Assembly (NCBI GenBank): GCA_030704615.1
Contig: CM060734.1
Coordinates: 50,282,001 to 50,346,000 of the forward strand
Direction: 5' to 3'
Length of the DNA stretch: 64,000 bases
Source: Takakia lepidozioides
Lineage: Eukaryota > Plantae > Bryophyta
Shown here: positions 48,703 through 64,000 of the stretch, in pieces
Numbering within the stretch: the stretch's first letter is position 1
Layout: every line of letters starts with the position of its first letter
Position numbers and translations under genes: made by a program
The notes under the pieces: model-generated
Databases searched by the model: none
What the model was told of the DNA's origin: nothing
What the model saw: only the letters and a program-made list of their open reading frames with translations

Positions 48703-51700
48703 AAGACATGATTCCTAAAGCAAAAGAAGCAGTGCCAGTGAAGGACTCCGAGCCCACTAAACAAGTAGTGAATAACAGAAGAAATAGAGTGTTATGAGGA
48801 TGAAAACATACCTAGACTTGAGATGAATGAAGCAAGATCTGTTAACTTTGATTAGCGGGACTACTACTATAGGATTATAACCTTATTTTGCCCATTGGAA
48901 AAGAACTTCAGAAAAAAGAAAAAAGGAAAAAGAAACTTATCTACCAATTTCTTTAAATGTTAGAGTTAAAAAGAAAACAAATCCCTATATTCCATGTATG
49001 TTGGGTGTTACTTGCTGTAACATATAGAATGTTTGGTTAACCCCTAAAGGACGAGAGTTTTTTTGTGATGTTTTAGAAAAACTTGATATGGCTTGATTCA
49101 AATGGATGTATATTTCTGCCAAAGTTCATCCACATGGATGAACCGTACAATGTTGTCAGTAACTACATCATACAAGTGGTCAAAATTTTTGAGGTCATTC
49201 CACCGTTGGAATAAGGAGATTATAATGTGGGAGCGACCACCAATTTTCTCCATGTTCCGAATCTGGGTTCCCCTCCAATTTTTGATCGATTGCTGCGTAC
49301 CAAGTGGAGGACATTGTGTCCAAATTTCAGCATGTAATGACATGTATTCATTAGTGCCCCTTTGTATGTAATTGATTAGGGGTACCTGTGGGCAGAAAGA
49401 ACAAGGCTTTTCCTTGGATGCAAAGAGCAACAATTTTTTTGTAGATAGATGCCGGGTAGGAATACCAAGAGAATGCACCAATTTACACTTGGAATTTCCA
49501 AGTTTGGCTCCGGGGATGTGGCAAAGAGTGGATTATCCAGCCACCAGCTTTGGTAGGAAACGCTAGGCTATCATTGGTCCACGCAACGTAATCAACTCAC
49601 TCACACCACACAAAATTTGCACTTTTACACATGTCAAGAATTCTGAGCGGCGCTCTAGTAATCCAAATGGCAGGGTGTTTAGTCCATTCAATAGCTGACA
49701 GTCTAAGGGCCTTACCACACAAGCAGCAGTGAGCTCGAGTGACATGGAAGTCCCTGACTAAGATTGTAGCACCTGTATGTTATGTAAAGTATGCCGATGT
49801 CAGCAAAAACAAACCAACGCTACCACATGAGCGGCAGTCGAGCACACGAACAGAGCGTTGTGAAGCAAAGATGAACGAGCCAATGAGTTCCATGGCGGGA
49901 ATGAGCACATCATGACAAAGAAGTTCCCTAACATTTCGGATTTCCTGGCAATAGTCCCTGGAGATCCTACTTTCGCGGAGAGGCTCCACATAAACACCAC
50001 GTCATATTGCCTCCTCGTTGCCGTTCCTCTTGTGTGGTAGGCGAGGGTGTCAGTTTACAATCCATCAACCAATCAGCAGGCCTTCAGCAGGTTGCGGGGA
50101 CTTCCACTGCCCCCTCTTGTGGTAAGGCCCTAAGCTATAACTTTGTTTTGGGGCCTACCTCCATCGGACACCATCCTCACCATATACAACTAAGTGAAAA
50201 AATGACGCGACCCCATCGTCCTTTAGGGGTTAATAGACGACGCTAAATCTGCGCATACTGAAAGTAGGGCCTGAAGTAGGGCCTTCCTTGAACATAATAG
50301 ATGTACAAGTCCTAAACTGCCCGTTTTCTATGGATCCCTCTCCTACCATATTCCGCCAATTAATGCGTGATCCAAGTCATCATCCCGACTTCAATTTGTC
50401 TAATCAACTGACTTTTCTCTCCCTCACTTCCCCAACAAAAAGAAGAAGAAAAATTAGTGGTGTGACTCCATTGACAATGGCGCAACAGCCACCAAAAATG
50501 GCAATTAGGCCACCTAACATGCATACTCTGCCAACATTGGTGGCCTCAAGCAGCTTCAAATGGTGTTCAACCCAACCCAAAACTTGAATGGAGGTAGCTG
50601 AGTTGGATAGGACCCTAGAGACAACAAGGACTTAGCTTTGTGCTCGCGGAACAAAATCACAACAATAAAATGTAGTATGAGCTAATATTTTGCATTTTCA
50701 CAGGTAGCAGCGGACAGAACTCAAGAGACACGGAAAAAGAAAAAAAATGCCCCCCCCCCAACTTAGGGGAGGAAGCCCGTATTAGCTTTATTTGAATTAT
50801 TGAAGGGAAAAAAAATTAAAACCCTTATAGGCCCGAAGGCTGCCATAAGGCTTGACCCTTTCGTACATTTTCGTTTTTCCTCTGTCACTGGGGGGGGGGG
50901 GGGAGGGGGGACCTAGTGTGGAAGGGGTCAACATACTCGTATGCGCGAGCCTAGACACCAGTTTGTGTAGGTCATCTATCGAAGAAGAAACGTAGACGTT
51001 GTTTAGATATGTGTTTAGATATGTATGTGATCGCAAAGGCTATGTGCCTTACAAGCAATGGCAACACTAATTTGGTTCTTTGGTGTGTAGTATATATACA
51101 TACAGCAAGAAGTCCATTGGCAAGTTGGGAAAAAAGAGACAGAAGAAACCTTCAAACCCTAAACTCCTTTGCAGAAAGCATTGGGATTAAGAGACAGTTA
51201 GCACTGTGCTTAAGTTCTAAGTGGACATTAGTAATCTTCATTAAGGGGGCTCAATAACGTGGAGTAGTTACTGTTGGACGGCGGCCGCCATCCAACAGAT
51301 GCTGTCAGACTTTGTTGCCTGCTGCCCGTCCTCCATTTATTTGATTGCCCCCCACTTTCCACTTCACTCTTGGTTGGGCAATGTGATAAGCCTATGTGGC
51401 CTCTGTTTATTGTCTATATCTGTGTATTGTTGCTTCTTGCTCTAGGATGAAAGCATTAGCTTTATCATCCATAATTTCATTTCATTTGAGTAGCTTTCCT
51501 TGAGGACTGAGTCCGCTCTTAGTACAGTCCGGGTCCCTTCATAGAAAATATTGGGCTTGGGAATTCCCCCGGAGAAAAAAAAAATTTGTTGTATTTCTCA
51601 AGAACAAGTCTTAAAAAACAAAATGAAAAAAGAAGAAGGAAGGACATGAAATGAGGATGCCCAGTAGCTTTCCTTGAGGAGTCCAGGGTATCAAGAGAAA

Positions 51701-53465
51701 AATACTGGGCTTGGGAATTCCGACTCAGAAAAAAGAAAACATTGTTGGAACTTGGATCTCTCAAAAAGAACAATTCAATTAGGGCCAGACTTCTTGCTTT
51801 CTCAAGTCGGTTCCTCAAATTCTGCCTTCCCCGGCTTGTCCGCGGTGTCTTTCTCACGTGTTCGCCCTCACCTTCCGCTGTTTATGCTTCCTGGCACTTG
51901 AGGGTTTATATTTCCCTCCTATCGGTAAAACCTTGTTTTTTCCCAAAAAAAAACAATTCCTGTTAAAAGAAAACAACTCTTCAGAAGAAAAAAAGGAAAA
52001 AAAGGAAGGAAACGACAGAGTATAAAAGTGGGAGCGACTCAATCTCAGTGGATTCTTTTTTAAGAAGAAGAGAAAACAGCGATTTAAAATAAATGGGGCA
52101 CCACAGATTTTTTGGATGAGGCGTGATCATTCCTCATCCATTTTCTGCGAACCGAGGAAAAAATGACGGATGAATGGATGAAGACCAAGACGAAGACTGG
52201 GTGGTGTCCAGCAGGTCACCTAAAACCACCGGCAGCAGCCAGTCGCGGGACCGGCGGTAACTGCCGGGGGTGCGCGGTACCGAATCCGAGACGCCGCGGT
52301 CGGCGAGCACTGGCAGCTACTGCCGCACCGGCCATTGCCGGTGGCGCCAGTAGGGTTTATGGCAGGCGGGGTAGGGCAGCAGAAACCCTGGTGCCTGTGG
52401 GAAGGTGGGGCCAGCAGCGATGGCGTCGGCAAGCTCTCGTATACTTGCCTGACTGATGACCTGGCTCCCCCTTCCGGGGGGTCGGGGTTCTGCGTACCTC
52501 GGACTGTGTGATTCTTTAGTGGGGGTCATTGCACTATAGTGGGGCCCCGAGTGTTTTGAGTTTTGAGCTGTGCTTATCGCAGATCTGATGAGTTGTGAAG
52601 CGGTGAGTGATAGATTCTAGAGGCATTTGTGTTCTCAGTGTGAGGGCTGGGGAGGTCTGGTGACTGGGGATCTGTGATTAGACAGTTTGTGGGACGCGTT
52701 GTAGAGGTGGAGGTGGAGATTGGACGTGATGTGTAGTTGAATTTCATTCTGTGCTGCCTTTGTATCCGTCTCTCGTCTCTCTTGTCGGTCGACATTATTT
52801 GTGGATGTTTAACATGTCCAACTTACTACACACCATGAGGATACTCCGAAGCGCAGGTTGGAGTGGCGTGTCAGCTGCTGGAATTGATCACTGCAGCTGG
52901 AATTGGCCCATGGTGAAGATGACATTGGTTTTCCAAGGGGGACCTGGTTACGAGAGGTGAGAGAAGGGTTGGTTGTCGTGATGGGGAGTGATGATATTGA
53001 TATGTAGATGATATGTACGTCTGTGTTCAGATAAATGTGTACTCGGCGCCGGGTGGCAAGCCTGATGAGATAGACGTAGGACAGATGGAAGTTTTGGTGA
53101 TCGGTTCGGTGTGCTTACTGGCTATGACGGACCCTCAGGAGCAGAGTCTGCGTGGGATCTGAATCGAGTGGGATTCTCAGCAACCATGGAACTCAGGGTG
53201 GAATTTCCATAACCTGTGCGCACAGCCGCAATCGTTTCCAATCACGAGTGTTGATTTAAAGTGCTGGCTGGCATTTACATTGTACGTCGACATGGCTGAG
53301 CTCCAATATTGAGGGTGGCCGTCTGTTTATCAAAGATGTGATGTCTACAGAGCTCTCACAGATGTGGGTTCTAATGGCAACCTGAGCTACTGCAGTATGC
53401 CTGGTCGGGCAGGGAAGGCGTTCTAATTAGGAGTTGAGGTCGACGCGGTTTGCTAAAAGGGAAGT

Positions 53466-56136
<2,671 letters not shown>

Positions 56137-56370
56137 ACCACCTCTCTTGTCCTAGTTTATGTTCTTCCCACTGCAGAGGCTTGGAATTCTGTGTCTAAAC
56201 CGCTGAACTCATTACGAATCAAATCGGACCACATGTACATTAGTCCAATTGTGCTCTTCATAACTTATGATAAAAAAAGTAATCAAATTCTTTATCCTTC
56301 CCACATGTACATTAGTGCTAATGACTACAATGGCATCTATCTGCATGAAATGGTGAAATAGGAGGAGCAT

Positions 56371-56506
56371 TACCCAGGAGCAACGCGGTTTAGGGGGCAG
56401 TGTAGCAATCACCACACACCCCAAGGTTCTTGATGGCATGGATACGCATCCCAGGAGATGTGTGGTGATTGCCACTCTTCCCCGAAAACTGTTATGCCTC
56501 GGGCTA
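56371..56506. mobile_element. Short foldback MITE (~50-bp imperfect TIRs, TA ends)
   Basis: tacccaggagca..ccacacacc / gtgtggtgattgcca..atgcctcgggcta; mirror copy at 61432-61572; half copy at 43386-43448. Confidence 0.65.
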
Positions 56507-56671
56507 TTTGTATGACCTCCTCGACATCCCTGGAACAGCAAGCACCTATTCGGCCTGCTTCATCTCCATCTCTTCACTTGAAGAACCTCGCTACGAAGAA
56601 TTTTCTCAATTCCTGTTGACAGCCAAACACTTTTTTGATATCACTTGTCCTCCAAGGTTGGGATTGAGTTG

Positions 56672-56782
56672 TGGGGGCCGCGCGAATGCGAGCCCCCTCC
56701 GCCGACGTGCGTGCCCTCCGGAGCGGGCTTTCCTGGGCCATCGACCTTGCTGATCACCGATAAACCCCGCCCAGGTAAGTAT
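56672..56782 (-). ncRNA. U1: Internally deleted U1 snRNA (111 nt), probable pseudogene or variant
   Basis: Retains ATACTTACCTGG, the SL1 loop GATCAGCAAG and SL4 ending GCATTCGCGCGGCCCCC. Lacks 38 nt including ATTGCAC and the 9-nt TAATTTGTG Sm site. Confidence 0.85.
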
Positions 56783-56800
56783 GAGACTTCTTGCACCGTC

Positions 56801-56985
56801 CGCCCTTATATCTGCGGCTACATACCCACTTCGTGCCAAATGATATGGGAGAATTCGGTAGAAAAATACTAGCCATTTAGAACTAAGAATCAGCGCCTTT
56901 ATATCTGCGGCTACATACCACTTCGTGCCAAACGATATGGGATAATTCGGTAGAAAAACACTAGCCATTTAGAAATAAGAATCAG
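56801..56985 (-). promoter_or_regulatory. Tandemly duplicated snRNA promoter (USE + TATA x2, ~93-bp unit)
   Basis: Minus strand TCCCATATC(A/G) and TATAA in both units, upstream of the deleted U1. Confidence 0.8.
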
Positions 56986-57671
56986 ACATAAGACATAGGG
57001 GAGCATATCGACAAGAAGAACTGACAAACACGATATGACAAGTCAATTGATGAACCAGATGATGTGCCTGAATGGAACAGGCAAGGACACAGCAGAGGAA
57101 AGAGAATAATGCTAATGGGGATGAATTTGCACACCGAAAAACGTTTCCTCGTTTGGCAAAAGAAAAATAAAAGAATTCAGGATGTTCACAGGAGGTTTGG
57201 ATGGCCTATGGGATAGTGGAGGAAAGGAAAGATAGAAACAAAGGAACTTTACTGTCTATTCCGTGGAACCCAATCTCTCACTGAAGTCTTCCACTATGAA
57301 GATCAGAAATGCTTGGCAGCTTACCTACACGAGGCACTCACCATTAGACAATCACACGAGCAATAGTTTTTATCTTTGAAACTGGTTTTGTTTCCTCTCT
57401 CATGTTTTCTTCCATTTTGTCCCATAAGCAATAAACAATAAACAATAAACAATAACAAAAAAGAGGGAAATGGATAGAGACCAAAGATTAAAAAACAAGG
57501 TCAAAAGACAAGGGTAAAATGAGGCTGAGGAAACACAATCAATGACAAAGCACACCCCACTACCATTGAGCACACAAATCTTCGCAAGAAGGACCACGAT
57601 GTGAACATACAACAAGAATACAACTTGTTTCCTGCAAATGACAATCACGAACAGAAAAAATAGATTCTGAC

Positions 57672-60238
57672 CAGCACTCAGCTCGGTAACTCCAAAACTC
57701 TCATGAAGAAACCGCAGATGATGCAGTGCCTTCACCAATTCGCCTGCCTTCACATCTTCCACGATCTGCTCAAGATGCGCACGCTGTGCTTCCTTCTGAA
57801 GGGCTACATCCATCTGCAGTAACTCCAATGCAAGTTGGCAAGGCAGAACCAGTTACTAGCAAACAACTCACTGAACTGACTGTGCCTCAGCTCCTAGTAG
57901 GTCCCACCTAATTGGATCAGCTTGAAGATAATAAAAGCCAAATTTGAAAAGCTACAGTTGGTCTGTGCAGTCTTACCATTGCACCAACAAGACAGAAAAT
58001 TGTAGGACCCAGAGAAGTTGTCCATGTTACAAAGAAGTCCATTTCCAACCTCAAAACTCCCCTTCAGTTCCTTATGCTAACTTCCCCAGGTTACTGATTC
58101 AGACCAGTTTGCAATAATTGTGAACTGATACTATGGGAGCAGATCTTCAGTGCCTATTCTTCCCTTAACGTACCCACTGTAGCAAGATGATTCCCTCACC
58201 CACAGCTGAGTTCATCGCTGCAGAGATACACACACAAACCAAGATGCAAACCGAACTGATTTTCCCAATACCACCTCAATGTTGTGGCCAATTTAGACGA
58301 TGGTCAGGTCACGGCATCTGTCAGGAACTCAAAATGAATTAACCTTCCCAATCTGCTGTCCTTGTCAATCCTAATCTAAAATCCAGAGGTACGGAGGAAC
58401 AGAGGCCCACCTCCAAGGGTTCAGAGAATACAGAAGCGACTGCCACCCCATCAACAGAAGCTCCACTGTTCTCCTCTCTTGCTGGTGTTTCAGTTTCCTC
58501 CCCACCTATGTCTCTTTCAGACTCCACAGATAAGGATCTCCCAGGTGTCCTCAAAGGAGACTCGGCAGCTAGCCCACCTCCCCGCTGATGCCTTGCAATG
58601 TTTCGAGACAACGCATCCAGTAACTCTGGATGACAGTGAGTCAACTTCCGCACCCATTTTCTGTCGATTTCTGTCAAGATTTGATCTACACGCTCTGCTT
58701 CTATGACAGATTGTGCATACAGGGCATAACTTTCTGGAGGTCTGACTCCTCCCTCTTTCTCTTCCTCTATCCCTTGTGATGCTGTGCCTGGAAGCCTGCT
58801 TGCTTCACTTTCACTAACATTCACTCTGCCTTTTATATCTGCCACCCTATTCTGGCCCTCACTCTCTCTCTTTTCCTCCTCCTGTTCTTCGTCTCCCCCT
58901 CCCAATTTATGCCGTGCAACAAAATTGAGAGATTTTTGCAGTCTATCCAGGCCTACTGCCGAGATACCCTTGTGGGCCATCTCTCTCAACTTCTTCCAAT
59001 GTATCGCATTCCCTTCGTTCAACACTGTCAACCTCTCTACCTTTGGAAAGCACAGCTCCTTCCTCCGATTCAGGTGCTCCAGCCCCTGTTAATGCCATTT
59101 TACAATGCAATGTGACATTTTTTCAATCTATATTCATTGTTTTTTTCAACACAAACGTCTAAGAACGTCATTTCCTACCAGCAAAATAAATCAAACAAAC
59201 TAACAGTATCATGTCTTGTCAATTCAGGTATGCAACTCTGCTAAGTGTACATGATGGACCAACAGAAACCCCACTAATGCACACAAGAAGGATCTCTCTG
59301 TTGAGAGGACAAATTAGATATAAAGTGGGCTAGGTTCACATAATTCTCCTATCTACCAGGGTTTTAGGTTTGATCTACTGGCTTGGATAGCGAATATCGA
59401 AGTGAAAGGTTGGTTGTTCTCTTTCTCTCCACCCTGAACCTTGAAAGGTCCAGCAGGTGCCCACCAAGAAAATGATTGTTCCAGAAAAACTCTGTGCACG
59501 GAGCCAAAACCCCGATGTGATTTAGAATATCAAATCACAGGGTGTACTTGCTACTCACGCACTTTCATTGCTTGCACACACATGCAGGGTGCTCGAATTC
59601 ATTCACCGACTTGCATGGCATGATATCTTTGTGCGGAATCAATACACAGTGGCTGTCTGCCACAAACGTTACTCAATAACTCTCAGATGTACACGCACAC
59701 AGAAAGGGTATACTGCTTTTTCAGTGTGTACTGGCAGATTCACTCATCCATTGTTCCAATTCCGACCCCTAGAACCGCAAATCCGATATTTGTTGGGATT
59801 ATCCATGTTGTTCTTACCCGATTCTGCACCATCTCCCATCTTCTTCTCTCTCGTCTCGCCATTTCCGCCCACCAACCCCCTCATAAACTCTACAAGCAAG
59901 AGGAATTCAATGCTATCATGAATAAGGCGGCGATGCGAAATCCCCTGGTGCTCTCTTTCTCCATCCGATGGTTGCTCCCTCTCCAACACTTTATCCTCCA
60001 TAGCAGACAGCTCTTGCAAACACAGCCAGGCTAGATGTGACGGCGAGGGCACACTGTCCGACCATAGCACCCCCTTGAAATTCCATGCCTTCTTTATAAC
60101 TGCTTGATAAATGTCACGAGCAAGAACCGGATTTCTGTCACTCAAAGTGAGAAGACATGCACGGAATGGCTCAAATTGCGAGAGAAAAAGATGGTTTGTA
60201 ATCGCACGGCCAAGTAATCTCTCCTCCTTGCCCTCCAT
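57672..60238 (-). pseudogene. 5' three exons of a ZFYVE26/spastizin-like (At2g25730-like) gene, truncated
   Basis: MEGKEERLLGRAITNHLFLSQFEPFRACLL.L..RNP.LA..I...VLWS.S.PSP; AVGLDRL; Q.AHLE.I...K.G....A...LRFLH..FGV. Exons 60238-59818, ~59085-58411, 57813-57672. Apparent frameshift; no later exons found. Confidence 0.75.
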
Positions 60239-61066
60239 CTCTGGATTCAGACGAAAGCCAGAAAAAAATAATCCACATCTGATTGCAAGAAAACCGAAAC
60301 TTAAGCTGGAATTGAGCCTACTATTCGAACAATTGGACAGCGCCCAGATCACGAGCATATGCGAACTAAAAATCTAAACGCAGAAACAGACCCTTCTTTC
60401 TTTCTAGACAAAAAGTGAAGAATACTACATGAGCTGCAGTTGGGTCTCGCAGATCCCCTGGGTATCCTCTCTCTCCTTTCAAGACATAGAGACACAGAGC
60501 AGCCAGCAGCATCTCTGTCACCAGTAAGTGTCCATGTTTTACTGGGGGCACGTGTCAGAGGAAGGTGTTAATCTATTCATCAGTTCGATCCATTCATCAT
60601 CCATTTCAAAGGCAGTGTGGTTGCACGTGAAGGAGGGCTTGGCAACTGCGGAGGTTGCACTCAAGAGGGCAGCAAATATAACCTTGTGGAATAGGCAGCG
60701 CTTGCAGCAAAGATGGGATACTGCTAAGGATTGGCCCGAGTTGTCTAAAACGAAATTGCTCACAATTTTAGCGAATATTGCAGCTTCCCAGTGAGGACTG
60801 GCGTGGGGAGAGAGGAAAGTAGAACATGAAAGAGAGAAAGAAAGATGAGAGAGCTCAGATCATGGGCGAAGGATTCCATACTTGCGCGGGAAGCTCCAAG
60901 AGGTACGAAGGGAAGCCAACAAAGGAAGCAGGGCCGTGCACAAGCAGCCCGCAATGACGTTTGTTTGATCCAGGGAGTGAACGCCTGTCGCGGTACTAAA
61001 GGAAGAATGTAGCCCAAATATACCAAGCCCAATGGTCCAACTTGGCTATTATTTTTCTACCGAATT

Positions 61067-61113
61067 ATCCCATATCGTTTGGCACGAAGTGGGTACGTAT
61101 CCGCAGATATAAA
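61067..61113 (+). promoter_or_regulatory. snRNA promoter: USE ATCCCATATCG and TATAAA
   Basis: USE 61067-61077 (plant consensus RTCCCACATCG) and TATA 61108-61113, 28 nt before the U1 start. The 30-nt spacing is nearer the Pol II type. Confidence 0.8.
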
Positions 61114-61135
61114 GGCGGTCGGTGCAAAAGTTACC

Positions 61136-61293
61136 ATACTTACCTGGGCGGGGTCTATCGATTATCAGCAAGGTCGATGGCCTAGGAAAGCCCGCTCCAT
61201 TGCACTTCGGTGGTGGTGATCCTAGCGTCTCTCTACGGAGGGCACGCACGTCGTAATTTGTGGCAGAGGGGGCTCGCGTTCGCGCGGCCCCCA
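61136..61293 (+). ncRNA. U1: U1 spliceosomal snRNA, full length
   Basis: ATACTTACCTGG, SL1, SL2 loop ATTGCAC, Sm site AATTTGTG, SL4 with TTCG loop. Confidence 0.95.
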
Positions 61294-61431
61294 CAAGTCA
61301 ATCCCAACCTTGGAAGAAGCATAGGTAGCGTAAAAGTTGTGATCGGCTGTCAGGCGGAAATGAGTAGATCAGTATGTAGTGACGAGGTGCATGGGGATTC
61401 CGAAGCTGGCCATTGCTTTGACAATTACAAA

Positions 61432-61572
61432 TAGCCCGAGGCATCGCAGTTTTCGGGGAAGTTGGCGATCCCCACACACCGCCTGGGATGGAATGCGTAT
61501 CCATACCATCAAGAACTTTGGGGTGTGTGGTGATTGCCAACCTGCCCCTAAAACCGTGATGCTCCTTGGGTA
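61432..61572. mobile_element. Foldback MITE, copy in the right arm
   Basis: tagcccgaggcatcgcagttttcgggg..ccacacacc pairs with ggtgtgtgg..cccctaaaaccgtgatgctccttgggta. Confidence 0.65.
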
Positions 61573-63039
61573 ATGCTCCAGATAGATGTGATCTCGGACA
61601 TCGGCTGTTGGTTGGGCCCTGGCAGCAGCCTACCATCTGGATCAAGCAAGGTTGTCCTTCCCACCCAGAGAGCTCTCGTCAGAAAAAGGCACCCCCTTGC
61701 CTTCAGTATCAAGTTTCGCTTTGGCTCTCCAAGGCACAGGAGGCCTATCTGTGATGCCAGACAGCCTACTAGTGGAGCGTCAGGAAGGCTATGATATTAC
61801 TACACATCTGATATTATTACCCTGTGGCACAGGTGTCGGCTTGATAGGATGACGGACTCTACCGTGCGGTCTATAGGAGGATCACCTAGCGGCAAGCCAT
61901 CTGTGCGTGCAGTCGTTTCCGACTTTGATGAGCCTGCCATGGCACCCATGCCATCCCGTTGTACAACAACCTGCAGAAGTGCTCTTCTCATCAGGAAGCT
62001 TAAAACTTACAATATCTCACATAACTGTCATGAAGGTCCTGAGCAGTCTGCGCTCAGGTTCTCACCATACAGCACACACTGTAGATCCCTATCCTCACCT
62101 GCATCCAAACAGCACACATCCTTCCACACCTCATGTGAACAAGGCCTTAATGGGAAGGCGGTACAGACGGGGCGGAACAACAAGAAATTCTCCTTTTTCA
62201 AAAGCATACCTGTCTTTGGTGATACCAGTGTATACCATGGCAACTCAATCGTATGACATCGTAGCCAGTCCCAAACCAGGTCTGTTGTTGCACATTTGGT
62301 CAGGTCTTGAGCCCACGATATTGCCAGGTCCATGATGGCTTTGTTCTTTTAATCCCAACGACATTATTTGAAGGATTGCTGAAATTCCTGTAGTCTTTTA
62401 TGAGGTTGTTAAAACTGCCATAAAGCGTTGAGCTAGCATTGTTCAGAAATGAGTGTTATGTGACTGCCATGATGTGATGGCTGGTTGGATATTGCTCATC
62501 AGAAGTTCCAGGGGGTGTGTCACTCCAAGTTGATCCCAGCCCAGCAACCTTCTAAACGGAGAACCAGAAGACCAGCTTCATTAAAGAAATGAGAATGCTG
62601 AGTGGATTTTTCCAATTTCTTTCAATTATGTCAAGAACGTCTTTGGGTCTATTGTCTTTCCTTACTTGAGGAATTTCTGCCTGACACAATTGTCTTCCAA
62701 TGCGTTGGGATTTGGTTCAGTATGTGCACAACCTACAGAAGAAGTATTCACTGGGCTCATTTGACCTTCTTGGTCATACAGCTCCTGTTCAAGCAGCCAC
62801 CCTTGTCCTTGCTGGGCTTCCATCACCTGGTGAGCTGCTGGATTGATAGCACTTTTCACCGAATCCATAAATTACGTACTATTTCTAATAGTTCAGGCAA
62901 TATCTAGTTCTGACACAAATGTTAAGAAGAGAATCAGAATTTCGTTTAAGAGAATCAGATAGTTGTGTCGGAATAACGAGCTTAGAGAATCAGATACTTG
63001 TGTAGTAAGAAATCTGCAGATGCATGAGGAACGTGATCA

Positions 63040-63863
<824 letters not shown>

Positions 63864-64000
63864 CTGCACACATCAGCCACACTTGGACTACAGTTCAACA
63901 GTCGCCTCAAAACAAGAATGTCGGCAGAATTATCTTATGCATAGACTGGTCATAGGGGTAGAGATTGTACTCATAAGACGTTGTTTGCCGTAGCCTTGTG

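Larger units (their letters stand above)
61043..62026. repeat. Right arm of an inverted duplication of 55265-56875 (U1 promoter + U1 + MITE + ATL exon-3 pieces)
   Basis: 61043-61578 ~ rc(56362-56875); 61590-61790 ~ rc(55748-55948); 61802-62026 ~ rc(55265-55488). Confidence 0.9.

Noticed and set aside
52163-52529. GC-rich ORFs upstream of ATL
   Set aside because: Low-complexity with no domain; more likely promoter or 5' UTR sequence.
62028-62907. Continuation of ZFYVE26 or another gene
   Set aside because: The short ORFs show no recognisable similarity in either orientation.

Overview
Eukaryotic land-plant nuclear DNA. A non-seed plant is plausible but is only an inference from the PLS-PPR gene, the intron-containing ATL and the non-chromovirus Ty3/gypsy type. 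Positions 1-17.2 kb are a nested transposon block: two decayed copies of one Ty3/gypsy LTR retrotransposon family in opposite orientation, flanking a GCM-MULE-SWIM Mutator-like DNA transposon. The rest is a mosaic. Apparently intact genes are tRNA-Asp, RPL27a, an 8-exon SYP4 syntaxin, a cyclophilin, an ATL RING-H2 E3 ligase, a U1 snRNA and the 3' end of CYP97C1/LUT1. Broken gene fragments include MKK3, DUF2921, PLS-PPR, ABCG, ZFYVE26 and second copies of SYP4 and ATL pieces. SINEs, MITEs and tandem repeats fill the gaps. The most notable observations are: (i) an inverted duplication with one full-length U1 and one 111-nt U1 that lacks the U1A loop and the Sm site and has a doubled promoter; (ii) a ~380-bp microhomology inversion in the first gypsy copy that hides a 155-aa extra 3' ORF, together with an integrase tail carrying a decapeptide repeat and a zinc knuckle; (iii) a TTTAGGG telomeric tract inserted in frame inside the transposase. 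All calls come from manual reading; no searches were run.
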